From: Flavobacteriaceae bacterium
GTDB lineage: Bacteria; Bacteroidota; Bacteroidia; Flavobacteriales; Flavobacteriaceae
Reading direction: 5' to 3'
Assembly (NCBI GenBank): GCA_965224465.1
Contig: OZ245049.1
Location: 3,870,001 to 3,902,000 of the forward strand
DNA length: 32,000 nt
Position 1 is the stretch's first letter; each line of letters starts with the position of its first letter. Positions 1 to 9,417 of this stretch are shown here, piece by piece. The position numbers and the translations under genes were made by a program. The notes beneath the pieces are model-generated. The model was not told where the DNA came from and ran no database searches. It saw only the letters and a program-made list of their open reading frames with translations.

Positions 1-221
1 TCCGATGTTGGAAGGTATTGAGAGGTAGATTTATTTACACCTTTTATGAGACTGTCGATTGCTTTTTGTACATCTAGATTTTCTGTATGTATAAATTTGA
101 TGGAATAGGTAGTTCCAATAGCATTTCCTTGTAAAGCGTTGATTTTGAAATCTTGATTTTTACCAGTTTTTTTACACGAAATTATACTGATAAGACTGAT
201 CAAAAGAATAATTTTTTTCAT
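1..221 (-). CDS. ApbE-like FAD:protein FMN transferase lipoprotein, N-terminal fragment (runs off window start)
   Basis: Hand translation of the minus strand from ATG at 219-221 gives MKKIILLISLISIISCKKTGKNQDFKINALQGNAIGTTYSIKFIHTENLDVQKAIDSLIKGVNKSTSQYLPTSD, open to position 1. It has a lipoprotein signal (IISC) and GTTYxI and SxYxPxS motifs recalled from ApbE N-termini. It is absent from the ORF track because no stop lies in the window. Confidence 0.55.
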   Translation of the reverse strand, partial: MKKIILLISLISIISCKKTGKNQDFKINALQGNAIGTTYSIKFIHTENLDVQKAIDSLIKGVNKSTSQYLPTS

Positions 222-321
222 CGAATAGTGAGTGGTTATAAGTGATTGCAAAGATAATATAAAAAATGTATAAAAAACTTTTAAAAAGGATGAAATCGTT
301 CTTGTTGTGGTACGCTTTTTG

Positions 322-329
322 TACATTTG
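322..329 (+). promoter_or_regulatory. Bacteroidota-type -7 promoter box (TACATTTG)
   Basis: Matches the TAnnTTTG consensus 50 nt upstream of the ATG at 379. TTG triplets at 302-307 sit at roughly -33 spacing. Confidence 0.4.
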
Positions 330-378
330 TAACATTCGTTAAAAAACGAATATTTTTAAAACCTGTAAAATTAATATA

Positions 379-1233
379 ATGAAAAAATTCCTCGTAGTGG
401 CAATCATGTCATCTGTAGTGTTGAGTTCTTGTGTGTCTAAGAAACAATATGCAGATTTAGAAAGTAAATTTGGAAAAAGCAAACAAGAGTTGGTTGATGC
501 TAAAGCAAATTTAATGAAATGTGAAATTGAAAAAGACAAAAATACCACATTGGTTTCCTCTTTGGAACAACGTGTTGTTGAGTTGAAAAAAGACAAAGAA
601 AAAACGTTGGAGTTTGTAGGAGACTTGACAGTTATTTCTAAGTCTGCTTCTGAAAACATTAAAGAAACATTGGCTCAAATGGCAAAAAAAGATGAGTATA
701 TTCACTATATTCAAAATGCTATGAATGCTAAAGATTCTTTGAATTTAGCAATTGGATTCAAATTGAAAAGTGTATTGAAAGATGGACTGCATGATGAAGA
801 TATCCAAGTGAATGTAGAAAAAACTGTTGTATATATTTCTATTGCAGATAAATTATTGTTTAGAAGTGGTAGTGCTATAATTTCTGATAGAGCGACTGCT
901 GTTTTACGAAAAGTAGCTAAGGTGGTAAATGCACAGCCAGTTGATATGGAAGTAATGGTAGAAGGGTATACTGATAATATCTCTATTCGTACTGCTGGAA
1001 TTAAAGATAACTGGGATTTAAGTGTTAAAAGAGCTACAGCTGTTGTACGTATTTTACAAAATAAATTCAACGTAGCACCTTCTAGATTGGTTGCTGCAGG
1101 TCGTGGTGAATACACTCCAATTGATAGTAATGATACTGTTGAAGGTAGAGCTAAAAACAGAAGAACTAGAATTGTTTTAATGCCTAAATTAGATCAATTT
1201 TTTGATATCTTAAATACAAAAGTAGGAGAGTAA
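379..1233 (+). CDS. OmpA/MotB-domain lipoprotein
   Basis: 284-aa ORF with lipoprotein signal MKKFLVVAIMSSVVLSSC and a coiled-coil-like N-terminal half. The C-terminal OmpA-like domain shows GYTDN...S...NWDLSVKRA...V and RAKNRRTRIV. Confidence 0.9.
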   Translation: MKKFLVVAIMSSVVLSSCVSKKQYADLESKFGKSKQELVDAKANLMKCEIEKDKNTTLVSSLEQRVVELKKDKEKTLEFVGDLTVISKSASENIKETLAQMAKKDEYIHYIQNAMNAKDSLNLAIGFKLKSVLKDGLHDEDIQVNVEKTVVYISIADKLLFRSGSAIISDRATAVLRKVAKVVNAQPVDMEVMVEGYTDNISIRTAGIKDNWDLSVKRATAVVRILQNKFNVAPSRLVAAGRGEYTPIDSNDTVEGRAKNRRTRIVLMPKLDQFFDILNTKVGE

Positions 1234-1253
1234 TTTTCAACTTAATATTTTAT

Positions 1254-1283
1254 AAAAAAGCTGCCATTGGCAGCTTTTTTTTT
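1254..1283 (+). terminator. Rho-independent terminator
   Basis: Hairpin gctgcc-att-ggcagc (1260-1274) preceded by an A-run and followed by a 9-nt T-run, 20 nt after the stop. Confidence 0.8.
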
Positions 1284-1435
1284 GTAATAAAATACAAGAA
1301 AAAGTAACCTAAGCAAATGATTTTGTGTCTAATGATTGAATAGTGCTTGATAATCAACTGATATTTTTGTAAGCAGAAATATATTATTGATATTAGGAGC
1401 TATAAATATTAAAAATCAAATCAATCAAAATTATT

Positions 1436-2128
1436 ATGGAAGGAATTTTAGAATCTTCAAAAGAATTAGGTGCACAGCTTTGGGATAGTTTCGGGCATTT
1501 TGTGAATGAAATAGTTGGGTTTGTCCCAAAACTTTTTTTAGCCCTTATCGTATGGATTATTGGGAAATGGATAGCCAAGGTATTGAGGCGTCTTATAATC
1601 AAAGGTCTTCAAATTGTAAAAATTGATACCATTGCAGATAAAATTGAGTTGGATAAATTATTAGGGCAAATAGGAATCAATCAGAAGTTGTCAGTAATTA
1701 TGGCAAACCTAGTCTACTACGTTTTATTGCTAGTGGTCTTATTATCTGTATTTGATGCTGTAGGATTGGGAGTTGCAAAACAACTGTTTGATAAAGTAAT
1801 TCTATTTATACCTAACTTGGTGATCGCTATTGTTTTATTGGTTTTCGGATTGTTCTTAGCTAATTTTGTAAGTAAGTTTATTGCAGACAGATTGCGGAAT
1901 ATGGATATTGAGTATGCAGATGCTATTGGTAAAATTTCCAAGTTTGCCATTATGCTTATTGCTGTTTCTATGGTGTTTTCTCAATTGAATATCGGAAATG
2001 GATTAATTGCTCAATTAACTCAGTATTTATTTATGGCCGTATTCTTTGCTTTGGCAATTGCTCTTGGTTTAGGTGGTAAAAATCATGCAGAAAAACTCTT
2101 AGATAAGTTTTTTGATAGTAAAAAATAA
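1436..2128 (+). CDS. Multi-pass membrane protein with repeated conserved-TM-helix segments (mechanosensitive-channel-related family)
   Basis: 230-aa ORF with several long hydrophobic helices alternating with short charged linkers. The family assignment is from memory of similar Bacteroidota proteins and is unverified. Confidence 0.7.
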   Translation: MEGILESSKELGAQLWDSFGHFVNEIVGFVPKLFLALIVWIIGKWIAKVLRRLIIKGLQIVKIDTIADKIELDKLLGQIGINQKLSVIMANLVYYVLLLVVLLSVFDAVGLGVAKQLFDKVILFIPNLVIAIVLLVFGLFLANFVSKFIADRLRNMDIEYADAIGKISKFAIMLIAVSMVFSQLNIGNGLIAQLTQYLFMAVFFALAIALGLGGKNHAEKLLDKFFDSKK

Positions 2129-2209
2129 CATGTTATGTTACCCTATTTCCAACTGATTGTTTGAGAATTGGTTTCACTGTTGTTTTAATAGGTGTAATAG
2201 TTATAAAAT

Positions 2210-2234
2210 GACCGAGCATGTGCTCGGTCTTTTT
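2210..2234 (+). terminator. Rho-independent terminator
   Basis: Stem gaccgagca / tgctcggtc followed by ttttt. Confidence 0.7.
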
Positions 2235-2242
2235 ATGTATTT

Positions 2243-2316
2243 ATACCAACTACATTTCCAAGTGACAGTTTAAAAACAACCTCTTAATATCGGTTATTTT
2301 GAATTGTATTTGGTAT
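2243..2316 (+). repeat. Intergenic hairpin repeat, short form (~74 bp)
   Basis: ataccaactacatttccaagtgacagttt...atcggttattttgaattgtatttggtat. The left and right arms are imperfect inverted complements. It belongs to the same family as the copies at 3842, 4004, 9780, 17167, 17925, 18373 and 23678-24001. Confidence 0.85.
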
Positions 2317-2343
2317 TATACAAGGGGTTAATTTCTTGGGTTT

Positions 2344-3720
2344 CTATTTTTTTTGTGGAGATTTGTATTTGACAGGTTTGTTTTCCATCAGTTGTTTATG
2401 GATGTAATAATTAACGTCCATCCAAGCTTTACTTTCTTCCCAAAGTGGAGCAATCATATTGTGTTCCCAGTTTTTTAGTTGATTTGAGAGTAATTTAAAT
2501 CTGATACTATCGCTGTTAGATAAATTAGTGATTTCTCCTAAATCGTTCTTAAGGTTGTACAACCTACTTCCGTAATTTCTCATTCGAATCATCTTAAAAT
2601 CTCCATACCTAATCGCTGCCTTGTCTAACTTTCTCCAATACAATTGTTGATGTGGGTTTCCTTGCTTTTTGTTTTTTAAATAAGGAAGTAAACTAATGCC
2701 ATCCAAAATTTGCCCCGCTTCTTTTTCAATACCTGCAGCATCCAATGATGTAGCAAAAATATCCAAGGAAGAACTAAGTCCAGAAAAATTTTTGTTAGGA
2801 GACAAAACCAACGGCCAACTAATGATAAAAGGAACTCTGTGTCCTCCTTCAAATTTGTTCCCTTTCCATCCTTTTAAGGGGCCTGTTTTTGATGTATTGG
2901 TACTGGCGCCTCCATTATCACTTAAAAAATAAATAAGTGTATTGTCTAATAGGTTTAACTCTTTTAGTTTAGCTCTTAGTTTTCCTATGTTCTCATCTAA
3001 AGACCATGTCATGGCAGCTAATTTTTGACGTGGGTGGTTTTTGTATTTTTCTAAATGTATGGCTTTTGCATCCATTGGAGTATGTACTGCATTAAATGAT
3101 ACGTACATAAAAAAAGGATGCTTTTGGTGTTTGTCTATGTATTGTACTGCATATGTTCCTAGTTTATCGGTAAGGTATCCGTCAAAAATTACGCGTTTTC
3201 CATTGTGTTGGAGCATGGTGTTCTTGGAAGGAGTTTTAAGCGGGAAATAAGACCTGCTTCCTCCTAAAAAACCATAAAAATCGTCAAAGCCTCTATTGTT
3301 GGGGTGGTCGCTGACTGTACTTCCTAGATGCCATTTTCCGATGGCAACTGTATGGTACCCGTTTTTATTTAAAACATCAGCCATTGTTCTTACATTGTCA
3401 CTTAAGCCGATGTCTTCTGACCCAGATCCATTGGCTTCAAAACCAAATCGCTGTTGGTACTTTCCCGTAAGTAATCCTGCTCTAGATGGCGCGCAAACAC
3501 TTGCACTTACATGGGCATCTGTGAAAACAGTTCCGTTTTTTGCGATTTTGTCTATTTCGGGTGTGTCTAAATCTTCAGAACCCATAAAACCAAAATCTAC
3601 AAACCCAGCATCGTCTATTAAAATGATAATAATATTTGGTTTCTGAACCGCGGGTTTTTTATGCGTACATGTTAAAAATAAAAGACTAATTAGAATGATT
3701 GAAATTGAATGTGAGGTCAT
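2344..3720 (-). CDS. Arylsulfatase-family (formylglycine-dependent) sulfatase, lipoprotein
   Basis: 458-aa ORF with the Cys-type sulfatase signature CAPSRAGLLTGK, an N-terminal DD metal-binding motif (IILIDDAGF), GKWHLG, and lipoprotein signal LLFLTC. Confidence 0.92.
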   Translation of the reverse strand: MTSHSISIILISLLFLTCTHKKPAVQKPNIIIILIDDAGFVDFGFMGSEDLDTPEIDKIAKNGTVFTDAHVSASVCAPSRAGLLTGKYQQRFGFEANGSGSEDIGLSDNVRTMADVLNKNGYHTVAIGKWHLGSTVSDHPNNRGFDDFYGFLGGSRSYFPLKTPSKNTMLQHNGKRVIFDGYLTDKLGTYAVQYIDKHQKHPFFMYVSFNAVHTPMDAKAIHLEKYKNHPRQKLAAMTWSLDENIGKLRAKLKELNLLDNTLIYFLSDNGGASTNTSKTGPLKGWKGNKFEGGHRVPFIISWPLVLSPNKNFSGLSSSLDIFATSLDAAGIEKEAGQILDGISLLPYLKNKKQGNPHQQLYWRKLDKAAIRYGDFKMIRMRNYGSRLYNLKNDLGEITNLSNSDSIRFKLLSNQLKNWEHNMIAPLWEESKAWMDVNYYIHKQLMENKPVKYKSPQKK

Positions 3721-3841
3721 CTGATTGCTATTTATGTAAAGATAATTATTTTACGTAAAATTTACGTTTATTATTTAGATGATTTTCATCGAATTTAATT
3801 TTCAGAAATATTCTTTACTTTTAAGCAGGTGCTAAGTGTAC

Positions 3842-4002
3842 TACCAACTACATTTCCAAGTAACGGTTTAGAAATGGAATTATTTTTTGTTATAGCTAGG
3901 CGAAAAATGGAAGGATAGCCTTCGCTATGGTTCTGTTTTTTCAACAACGCTAGAACGTGAAATAACCTATTTATATCGGTTATTTTGGATTGTAGTTGGT
4001 AT
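3842..4002 (+). repeat. Intergenic hairpin repeat, long form (~160 bp), tandem copy 1
   Basis: Structure is taccaactacatttccaagtaacggtttagaaatgg... central module gctaggcgaaaaatggaaggatagccttcgctat...cgctagaacgtg ... atcggttattttggattgtagttggtat. Track ORF 3795..4010 lies inside it and is discounted. Confidence 0.9.
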
Positions 4003-4003
4003 A

Positions 4004-4164
4004 ATACCAACTACATTTTCAAATAATGGTTTAGAAATGGAATTATTTTTTGTTATAGCTAGGCGAAAAAGGGAAGGATAGCCTTCGCTATCGTTCTGTT
4101 TTTTAGCGACGCTAGAACGTGAAATCACCTATTTATATCGGTTATTTTGGATTGTAATGGGTGT
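4004..4164 (+). repeat. Intergenic hairpin repeat, long form, tandem copy 2
   Basis: Near-identical to 3842-4002 and follows it head-to-tail, separated only by about 1 nt. The right terminus is slightly degenerate (attgtaatgggtg). Confidence 0.9.
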
Positions 4165-4341
4165 AAATGTGACGGATTTTTATCTTTTGTGTCTTAAATA
4201 TAAAGATAAGGGTTTGTTGCAAGTTGTTAGATATTGAATTAGTAAGATAATAAGGATAGATGTTGAAGGTTGTCTGACAGCTTGTAATTTTAACATATAG
4301 TCGTTCCCAAGTAAATTTTTGTACTATTTTCTTTTAAAGAC

Positions 4342-4369
4342 AAAAAGGACTGCAGAAGCAGTCCTTTTT
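4342..4369 (-). terminator. Bidirectional-looking hairpin terminator downstream of gpmI
   Basis: Hairpin ggactgc-agaa-gcagtcc flanked by aaaaa and ttttt. Confidence 0.65.
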
Positions 4370-4487
4370 GTGTAGTACCATTTAACGTTATAATGTCGTA
4401 TTATAGGATTTATTTTTTACAAGTTGTTTGCGAAAAATAATTCAATATAATTGATACGACTTTAATAAATGGGTATAATAATATTTT

Positions 4488-6008
4488 TTAAATTAACGAA
4501 CTTCTCGTCATTTCTTTTGGTTGTGCTACGCCCATTAATTTTAATATAGTAGGTGCAATATCACCTAGAACACCATCTTTGATTTGTGTAAGTTCTTTGT
4601 CTACTAGAATCATAGGTACAGGGTTTGTTGTGTGTGATGTATGTGGTGTTCCATCAGGATTCATCATTGTTTCACAATTCCCATGATCTGCTATAATAAT
4701 AGTTGTATAGTCGTTTTTGATAGCGCTATTTACAACATCTTCTACACATTTATCTACGGTTTCACATGCTTTAATTGCAGCGTCCATGATTCCGGTATGC
4801 CCTACCATGTCTCCATTGGCAAAGTTTAAACATACAAAATCCACTTCTTTTTTGTCTAGTTCTGGAATAATTGCGTCTCTAAGTTCAAAGGCACTCATTT
4901 CTGGTTGCATGTCATATGTAGCAACTTTAGGAGAGTTTCTTAAGATTCTAGATTCTCCTTTAAATTCTTTTTCACGACCTCCAGAGAAGAAAAAGGTAAC
5001 ATGTGGATATTTTTCTGTTTCTGCAATACGAATTTGTTTCTTATTTGCATTTGATAATACTTCACCTAAGGTGTTTTCTAAATTATCGTTTGTGTAAATT
5101 ACATGCAGTCCTTTGAATGTTTCATCATACATTGTCATTGTAACATAATGTAGCGGAATGGTTTCCATATCAAATTCAGGAAAGTTGTTTTGTGTCAACA
5201 CATCTGTCAATTCACGTCCTCGATCTGTTCTGTAGTTGAAGAAAATAACAACGTCGTCCTTTGCGATAGATGCTTTAGGCTTCCCGTCTGCATTCGTCAT
5301 AATTATTGGCTGGATAAATTCATCCGTAACACCTGCTTCATAACTTTTTTTAATGCTTTCAACAGCATTTGTAGAGGATGTTCCTATTCCTTTTACTAAG
5401 GCATCATACGCTATTTTTACTCGTTCCCAGCGTTTGTCTCTGTCCATGGAAAAATAGCGCCCCGTGATTGTAGCGATACTTCCCGTTGTTTTTTTCATGT
5501 GCTCTTCGATCTCATTGATAAAGTAGCCTCCCGATTTTGGGTCACAGTCACGTCCATCTGTAAAAGCATGTACAAATACGTTTTCCGCACCTTGTTCACT
5601 AGCAACATCCAATAGTCCTTTTAGGTGATTGATGTGGGAGTGGATTCCTCCATTAGAAACCAATCCTAATAAGTGAATGTTTTTATTGTTTTCTTTAGCG
5701 TATGCAATAGCATCTTTCAATACTTTTTCTTGCCCCAAAGTCTTTTCTTCAACAGCTTTGTTGATTTTTACTAAGTTTTGATATACAATACGTCCAGCAC
5801 CTAAATTCATGTGGCCTACTTCTGAATTTCCCATCTGACCTACAGGAAGTCCTACATGTTCTCCATCAGTTCGAAGGCTAGCATTTGCGTATTTTTTGTA
5901 TAAATTATCGATAAATGAAGTGTTGGCCTTAAATACTGCCGAAACTTTTGGGTCTTGTGTAATTCCCCATCCGTCTAATATCATTAAGATTACTTTCTTA
6001 GTCATCAT
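4488..6008 (-). CDS. gpmI: 2,3-bisphosphoglycerate-independent phosphoglycerate mutase
   Basis: 506-aa ORF with characteristic iPGM motifs: ILDGWG, NSEVGHMNLGAGR, GGIHSH, FTDGRD, NFANGDMVGHTG, ADHGN. Confidence 0.97.
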   Translation of the reverse strand: MMTKKVILMILDGWGITQDPKVSAVFKANTSFIDNLYKKYANASLRTDGEHVGLPVGQMGNSEVGHMNLGAGRIVYQNLVKINKAVEEKTLGQEKVLKDAIAYAKENNKNIHLLGLVSNGGIHSHINHLKGLLDVASEQGAENVFVHAFTDGRDCDPKSGGYFINEIEEHMKKTTGSIATITGRYFSMDRDKRWERVKIAYDALVKGIGTSSTNAVESIKKSYEAGVTDEFIQPIIMTNADGKPKASIAKDDVVIFFNYRTDRGRELTDVLTQNNFPEFDMETIPLHYVTMTMYDETFKGLHVIYTNDNLENTLGEVLSNANKKQIRIAETEKYPHVTFFFSGGREKEFKGESRILRNSPKVATYDMQPEMSAFELRDAIIPELDKKEVDFVCLNFANGDMVGHTGIMDAAIKACETVDKCVEDVVNSAIKNDYTTIIIADHGNCETMMNPDGTPHTSHTTNPVPMILVDKELTQIKDGVLGDIAPTILKLMGVAQPKEMTRSSLI

Positions 6009-6030
6009 AAGTTGTTGTTTTAAAAGTATA

Positions 6031-6038
6031 CAAAGATA
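6031..6038 (-). promoter_or_regulatory. -7 promoter box (TATCTTTG on minus strand) for gpmI
   Basis: caaagata on the plus strand, 23 nt upstream of the gpmI start. Matches TAnnTTTG. Confidence 0.45.
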
Positions 6039-6089
6039 CTAAGAACTCAAATGCCACCCTCTTTTGTATTCCTCTTATTGATTAAAAAT

Positions 6090-6109
6090 CTACGATAACG
6101 TTATCGTAG
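6090..6109. promoter_or_regulatory. Perfect 20-bp palindrome, candidate operator
   Basis: ctacgataac|gttatcgtag lies in the divergent gpmI/ankyrin intergenic region. The central ACGT core resembles LacI-type operators. Confidence 0.3.
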
Positions 6110-6271
6110 TAGCATTGTTACAGATGTTTTTTGTTAATTGGGAGTATTTTAACGCATTTAAGCTCTATTGGTTAAAAATACGTTAATATGTTCTATTTCT
6201 GTAACTATTTTAAAAGATATGAGTCTTTTAAGTATACAAAAACATGTACTATTTATTTAAAACATATCATT

Positions 6272-6667
6272 ATGAGAAACTTATTTTTAACCGCTGTATT
6301 TTTAGTTAGTGTTAGTTCTATGAACGCTACGAATTTTTATTCTACTCCTGCTTTAGAGGTGATAACTGTTGAGACTTTGGTAAAACCATTAAGATTAACT
6401 GCATTATGTAAAATGGTTCAAAAAGGAAATTTAGAAGGGGTAAAAGCACTTATAGAAAATGGAGCAGATGTAAATGGAAGGTCTAAAGGGATGACTCCTT
6501 TAATGTTTGCAGCCCGTTATAACAAAGCAGAAATTGCTACGTTTTTAATTGAAAATGGCGCAAAATTAAAACTAAAAGATAAAAAGGGATTTACGGCTTT
6601 AAAACATGCAAAAATTTCTAGAGCAACAGCGTCGTATGCTGTTATTGAAAAAGCATTGTCAAAATAA
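6272..6667 (+). CDS. Secreted ankyrin-repeat protein
   Basis: The track ORF starts at 6188. I prefer the ATG at 6272, which gives signal peptide MRNLFLTAVFLVSVSSMNA. Ankyrin repeats are visible: GADVNGRSKGMTPLMFAARYNKAEIATFLIENGAKLKLKDKKGFTALKHA. Confidence 0.8.
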   Translation: MRNLFLTAVFLVSVSSMNATNFYSTPALEVITVETLVKPLRLTALCKMVQKGNLEGVKALIENGADVNGRSKGMTPLMFAARYNKAEIATFLIENGAKLKLKDKKGFTALKHAKISRATASYAVIEKALSK

Positions 6668-6690
6668 GTATAGTTAATTTTTTTTGGTAA

Positions 6691-6725
6691 AGTGCAACCC
6701 AACGATTTGTTGGGGTGCACTTTTG
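6691..6725 (+). terminator. Hairpin terminator between convergent genes
   Basis: 13-bp stem agtgcaacccaac / gttggggtgcact with one mismatch, followed by ttttgtt. It abuts the stop of the minus-strand M48 gene. Confidence 0.65.
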
Positions 6726-7517
6726 TTATTTTTGATAGGTTCGAATCGCTTCTTTTATTTTTTCAATTCTGTTTTCTGGGTCTGGATGTGTACTCAATCG
6801 CTCAGGGGTTCTGTTGGGACCTGCAGCATTTTTTAGGATTCTCATAACTCCTATTAATGCTTCTGGATTATAGCCCGCATCTATCATTATTTGTACACCT
6901 AACAGGTCGCTTTCAAGTTCGTCCTCTCTTCCGTAACTCATGTTTATAGCATTGGCAATAGCTGCGGCTCCTTGGGCTGTGCTTGGGTCAAAACCTACTG
7001 CTACACCGCTTAAGAGTCCTTGTGTTAATCCTTGTTTTGCCATGCGTTCTGCAGAATGTCTTGCGATGACATGTCCTATTTCATGTCCTAATACTCCTGC
7101 CAATTGGTCTTCGTTTTCTAAGCGTGCAAATAGGGCATGTGTAATAAATATTTGACCTCCAGGTAAGGCAAAAGCATTGATGATTTTCGGGTCTCTTAAC
7201 AAATGAAAATCAAAAGTATAGGGAGATTGTGCTGCCACACTTGATTTGACGAGCCGTTGTCCTATACGGTCTACTAAGGCTTGAAATTTTTGATCAGGGT
7301 ATAAGCCTCCATGTTGTTGTGCCATTTGAGGAGCACTTTGCAATCCAATGGCTATTTCTTCCTGTGGTTCTATGGAAATATGTTGTGTTTTCCCTGTGAA
7401 TTCGTTGACATCGCTGTTCGAATAGTATTTGAATAAGGTAAACAGTACTATTCCTGCCCCAATAAGCAGTTTTATTTTAGAATTTCCTCTTCTCATAACG
7501 CAATTTTTTATGTCCAA
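6726..7517 (-). CDS. M48-family zinc metalloprotease
   Basis: 263-aa ORF with HEIGHVIARH (HExxH), a downstream E-x-x-x-D (ELESDLLG) and an N-terminal TM anchor. The start could instead be the internal MRRGNSK. Confidence 0.88.
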   Translation of the reverse strand: MDIKNCVMRRGNSKIKLLIGAGIVLFTLFKYYSNSDVNEFTGKTQHISIEPQEEIAIGLQSAPQMAQQHGGLYPDQKFQALVDRIGQRLVKSSVAAQSPYTFDFHLLRDPKIINAFALPGGQIFITHALFARLENEDQLAGVLGHEIGHVIARHSAERMAKQGLTQGLLSGVAVGFDPSTAQGAAAIANAINMSYGREDELESDLLGVQIMIDAGYNPEALIGVMRILKNAAGPNRTPERLSTHPDPENRIEKIKEAIRTYQK

Positions 7518-7595
7518 TATACATTTTTTTTGATACTTTTTTTCGTTCGTTTTTATTAAAATGTGTAAATTTAGGCACTAATTTTTAATATACCA

Positions 7596-9338
7596 ATGAA
7601 TATAGCTATCGAATTTAATGAAATAACAAAACGTTTGCCTAAGCATTTACACCCGTTTATAGTAAAACAACCTTATGAGGCTTACACGGCACAAAATCAA
7701 GCTGTCTGGCGTTATGTAATGCGAATGAATATGGATTATTTGGTAAAAGTAGCGCATGGGTCTTATTTAGTGGGGCTGGAGACTGCAGGGATCTCTTCCG
7801 AGGAAATACCTAGAATGGAAGGGATGAATAGGATTTTGAAAAATATTGGATGGGCGGCTGTGGCTGTTGATGGCTTTATTCCTCCCAATGCTTTTATGGA
7901 ATTTCAAGCCTATAATGTATTAGTAATTGCTTCTGATATACGTACGTTGGGGCATTTAGAATATACACCAGCACCAGATATTATTCACGAAGCGGCAGGG
8001 CATGCTCCCATTATAGCAAATCCAGAATATGCGGAGTATTTACGTCGTTTTGGTGAAATTGGAAGCAAAGCTATTTCTTCTGCAAAGGATTATGAAATGT
8101 ATGAGGCTGTGCGGAAATTATCTATTTTAAAAGAAGATCCCACAGTACCTAAAGAGGATGTGATAGCAGCACAAAGGGTAGTAGAAGCGTTGCAAGAGAA
8201 TGTGGGGGATTTGTCTGAAATGGCTCAAATTAGAAATTTACATTGGTGGACTGTAGAATATGGTTTGATTGGTGATTTGACGGATCCTAAGATTTATGGT
8301 GCTGGACTATTGTCCTCCATAGGGGAAAGTGAATGTTGCTTGAAAACTGAGGTGGAGAAATTACCCTATGATATTTCAGCGGCATATAAGAGTTTTGATA
8401 TAACCAAACCACAACCTCAATTATATGTAACGCCAAATTTTGCGCACTTAAGTTTTGTATTGGAAGAGTTTGCAAACAATATGGCCATTCGAAAAGGTGG
8501 TTTGTCTGGATTGCAAAAACTGGTAAAATCAGGAAATCTAGGGACGATAGAATTAAGTACGGGAATTCAAATTTCAGGGCTATTTACCAATGTGATTTCA
8601 CAAGAATTAAAACCCATTTATATTCAAACTACTGGTGCTACAGCTTTGGCGAGTAGAGATAAAGAACTCATAGGACATGGAGTGCTGGCTCATAAAGATG
8701 GATTTGGAAGCCCCATAGGAAAATTAAAAGGAATCAATCTAGCTATTGAGGATATGTCACCGAGAGATTTGGAAGTGTATGGAATTTGTGAAGGAAAAAA
8801 CGTGTGTTTAGAATTTGAAGGAGGTGTTAAGGTACAAGGAGATGTTATTACAGGGAAACGAGATTTACAAGGTAAAATAATATTGATCTCTTTTAAAAAC
8901 TGTACCGTTACTTATGGGGACATTGTATTGTTTGATCCTGCTTGGGGACTGTACGATATGGCAGTGGGTAAATCTGTGATTTCGGCATTTGCAGGCCCAG
9001 CATCTGTTCACTCTTTTGAAGGAGTTCAACAAGTTTCGGAGATTAAAACGCATAAGATTGAGTATTCTAAAAAGGATAAAATACTGTATAAATTATATGC
9101 CGAGGTAAGAGCCGTGAGGGCAGGGGAAGCCGCTGTAGATTGTTTAAAAAGAGTGTTTGACCAAGTTCAAAAAGAATATCCTTTGGATTGGTTATTGCCT
9201 TTGGAAATATATGAACTTATAGCAAAAGAAAACACGGTACTCTCTATGCGAGTAGCAAATCATTTAGATGCGCTGTCTTTGAAAAACGAATTCAAAAAAT
9301 TGATTTCAAATGGGTTGCAATTAATTTCTAATAGCTAA
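7596..9338 (+). CDS. Aromatic amino-acid hydroxylase (phenylalanine-4-hydroxylase-like), long form with ~280-aa C-terminal extension
   Basis: 580-aa ORF with biopterin-dependent hydroxylase motifs: PDIIHEAAGHAPI (two His iron ligands), HWWTVEYGL (Glu ligand) and YGAGLLSSIGE. The C-terminal half has no motif I recognise. Confidence 0.85.
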   Translation: MNIAIEFNEITKRLPKHLHPFIVKQPYEAYTAQNQAVWRYVMRMNMDYLVKVAHGSYLVGLETAGISSEEIPRMEGMNRILKNIGWAAVAVDGFIPPNAFMEFQAYNVLVIASDIRTLGHLEYTPAPDIIHEAAGHAPIIANPEYAEYLRRFGEIGSKAISSAKDYEMYEAVRKLSILKEDPTVPKEDVIAAQRVVEALQENVGDLSEMAQIRNLHWWTVEYGLIGDLTDPKIYGAGLLSSIGESECCLKTEVEKLPYDISAAYKSFDITKPQPQLYVTPNFAHLSFVLEEFANNMAIRKGGLSGLQKLVKSGNLGTIELSTGIQISGLFTNVISQELKPIYIQTTGATALASRDKELIGHGVLAHKDGFGSPIGKLKGINLAIEDMSPRDLEVYGICEGKNVCLEFEGGVKVQGDVITGKRDLQGKIILISFKNCTVTYGDIVLFDPAWGLYDMAVGKSVISAFAGPASVHSFEGVQQVSEIKTHKIEYSKKDKILYKLYAEVRAVRAGEAAVDCLKRVFDQVQKEYPLDWLLPLEIYELIAKENTVLSMRVANHLDALSLKNEFKKLISNGLQLISNS

Positions 9339-9385
9339 TTTGATTTTAGTGTAATTAAGGTTACGGTGGTGAAAAATAATTATTT

Positions 9386-9393
9386 TATATTTG
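9386..9393 (+). promoter_or_regulatory. -7 promoter box (TATATTTG)
   Basis: Matches TAnnTTTG 25 nt upstream of the ATG at 9418. Confidence 0.4.
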
Positions 9394-9417
9394 TAACTTA
9401 ATTTTAAAAAATAAAAA

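Noticed and set aside
3795-4010. 71-aa minus-strand ORF
   Set aside because: It lies entirely within the tandem long-form hairpin repeats. Similar repeat-derived ORFs (for example 17891-18079) appear wherever the repeat occurs.
6188-6271. Upstream extension of the ankyrin ORF (track start at 6188)
   Set aside because: The extension (MFYFCNYFKRYESFKYTKTCTIYLKHII) has no signal or domain character and precedes a clean signal peptide starting at the ATG at 6272.
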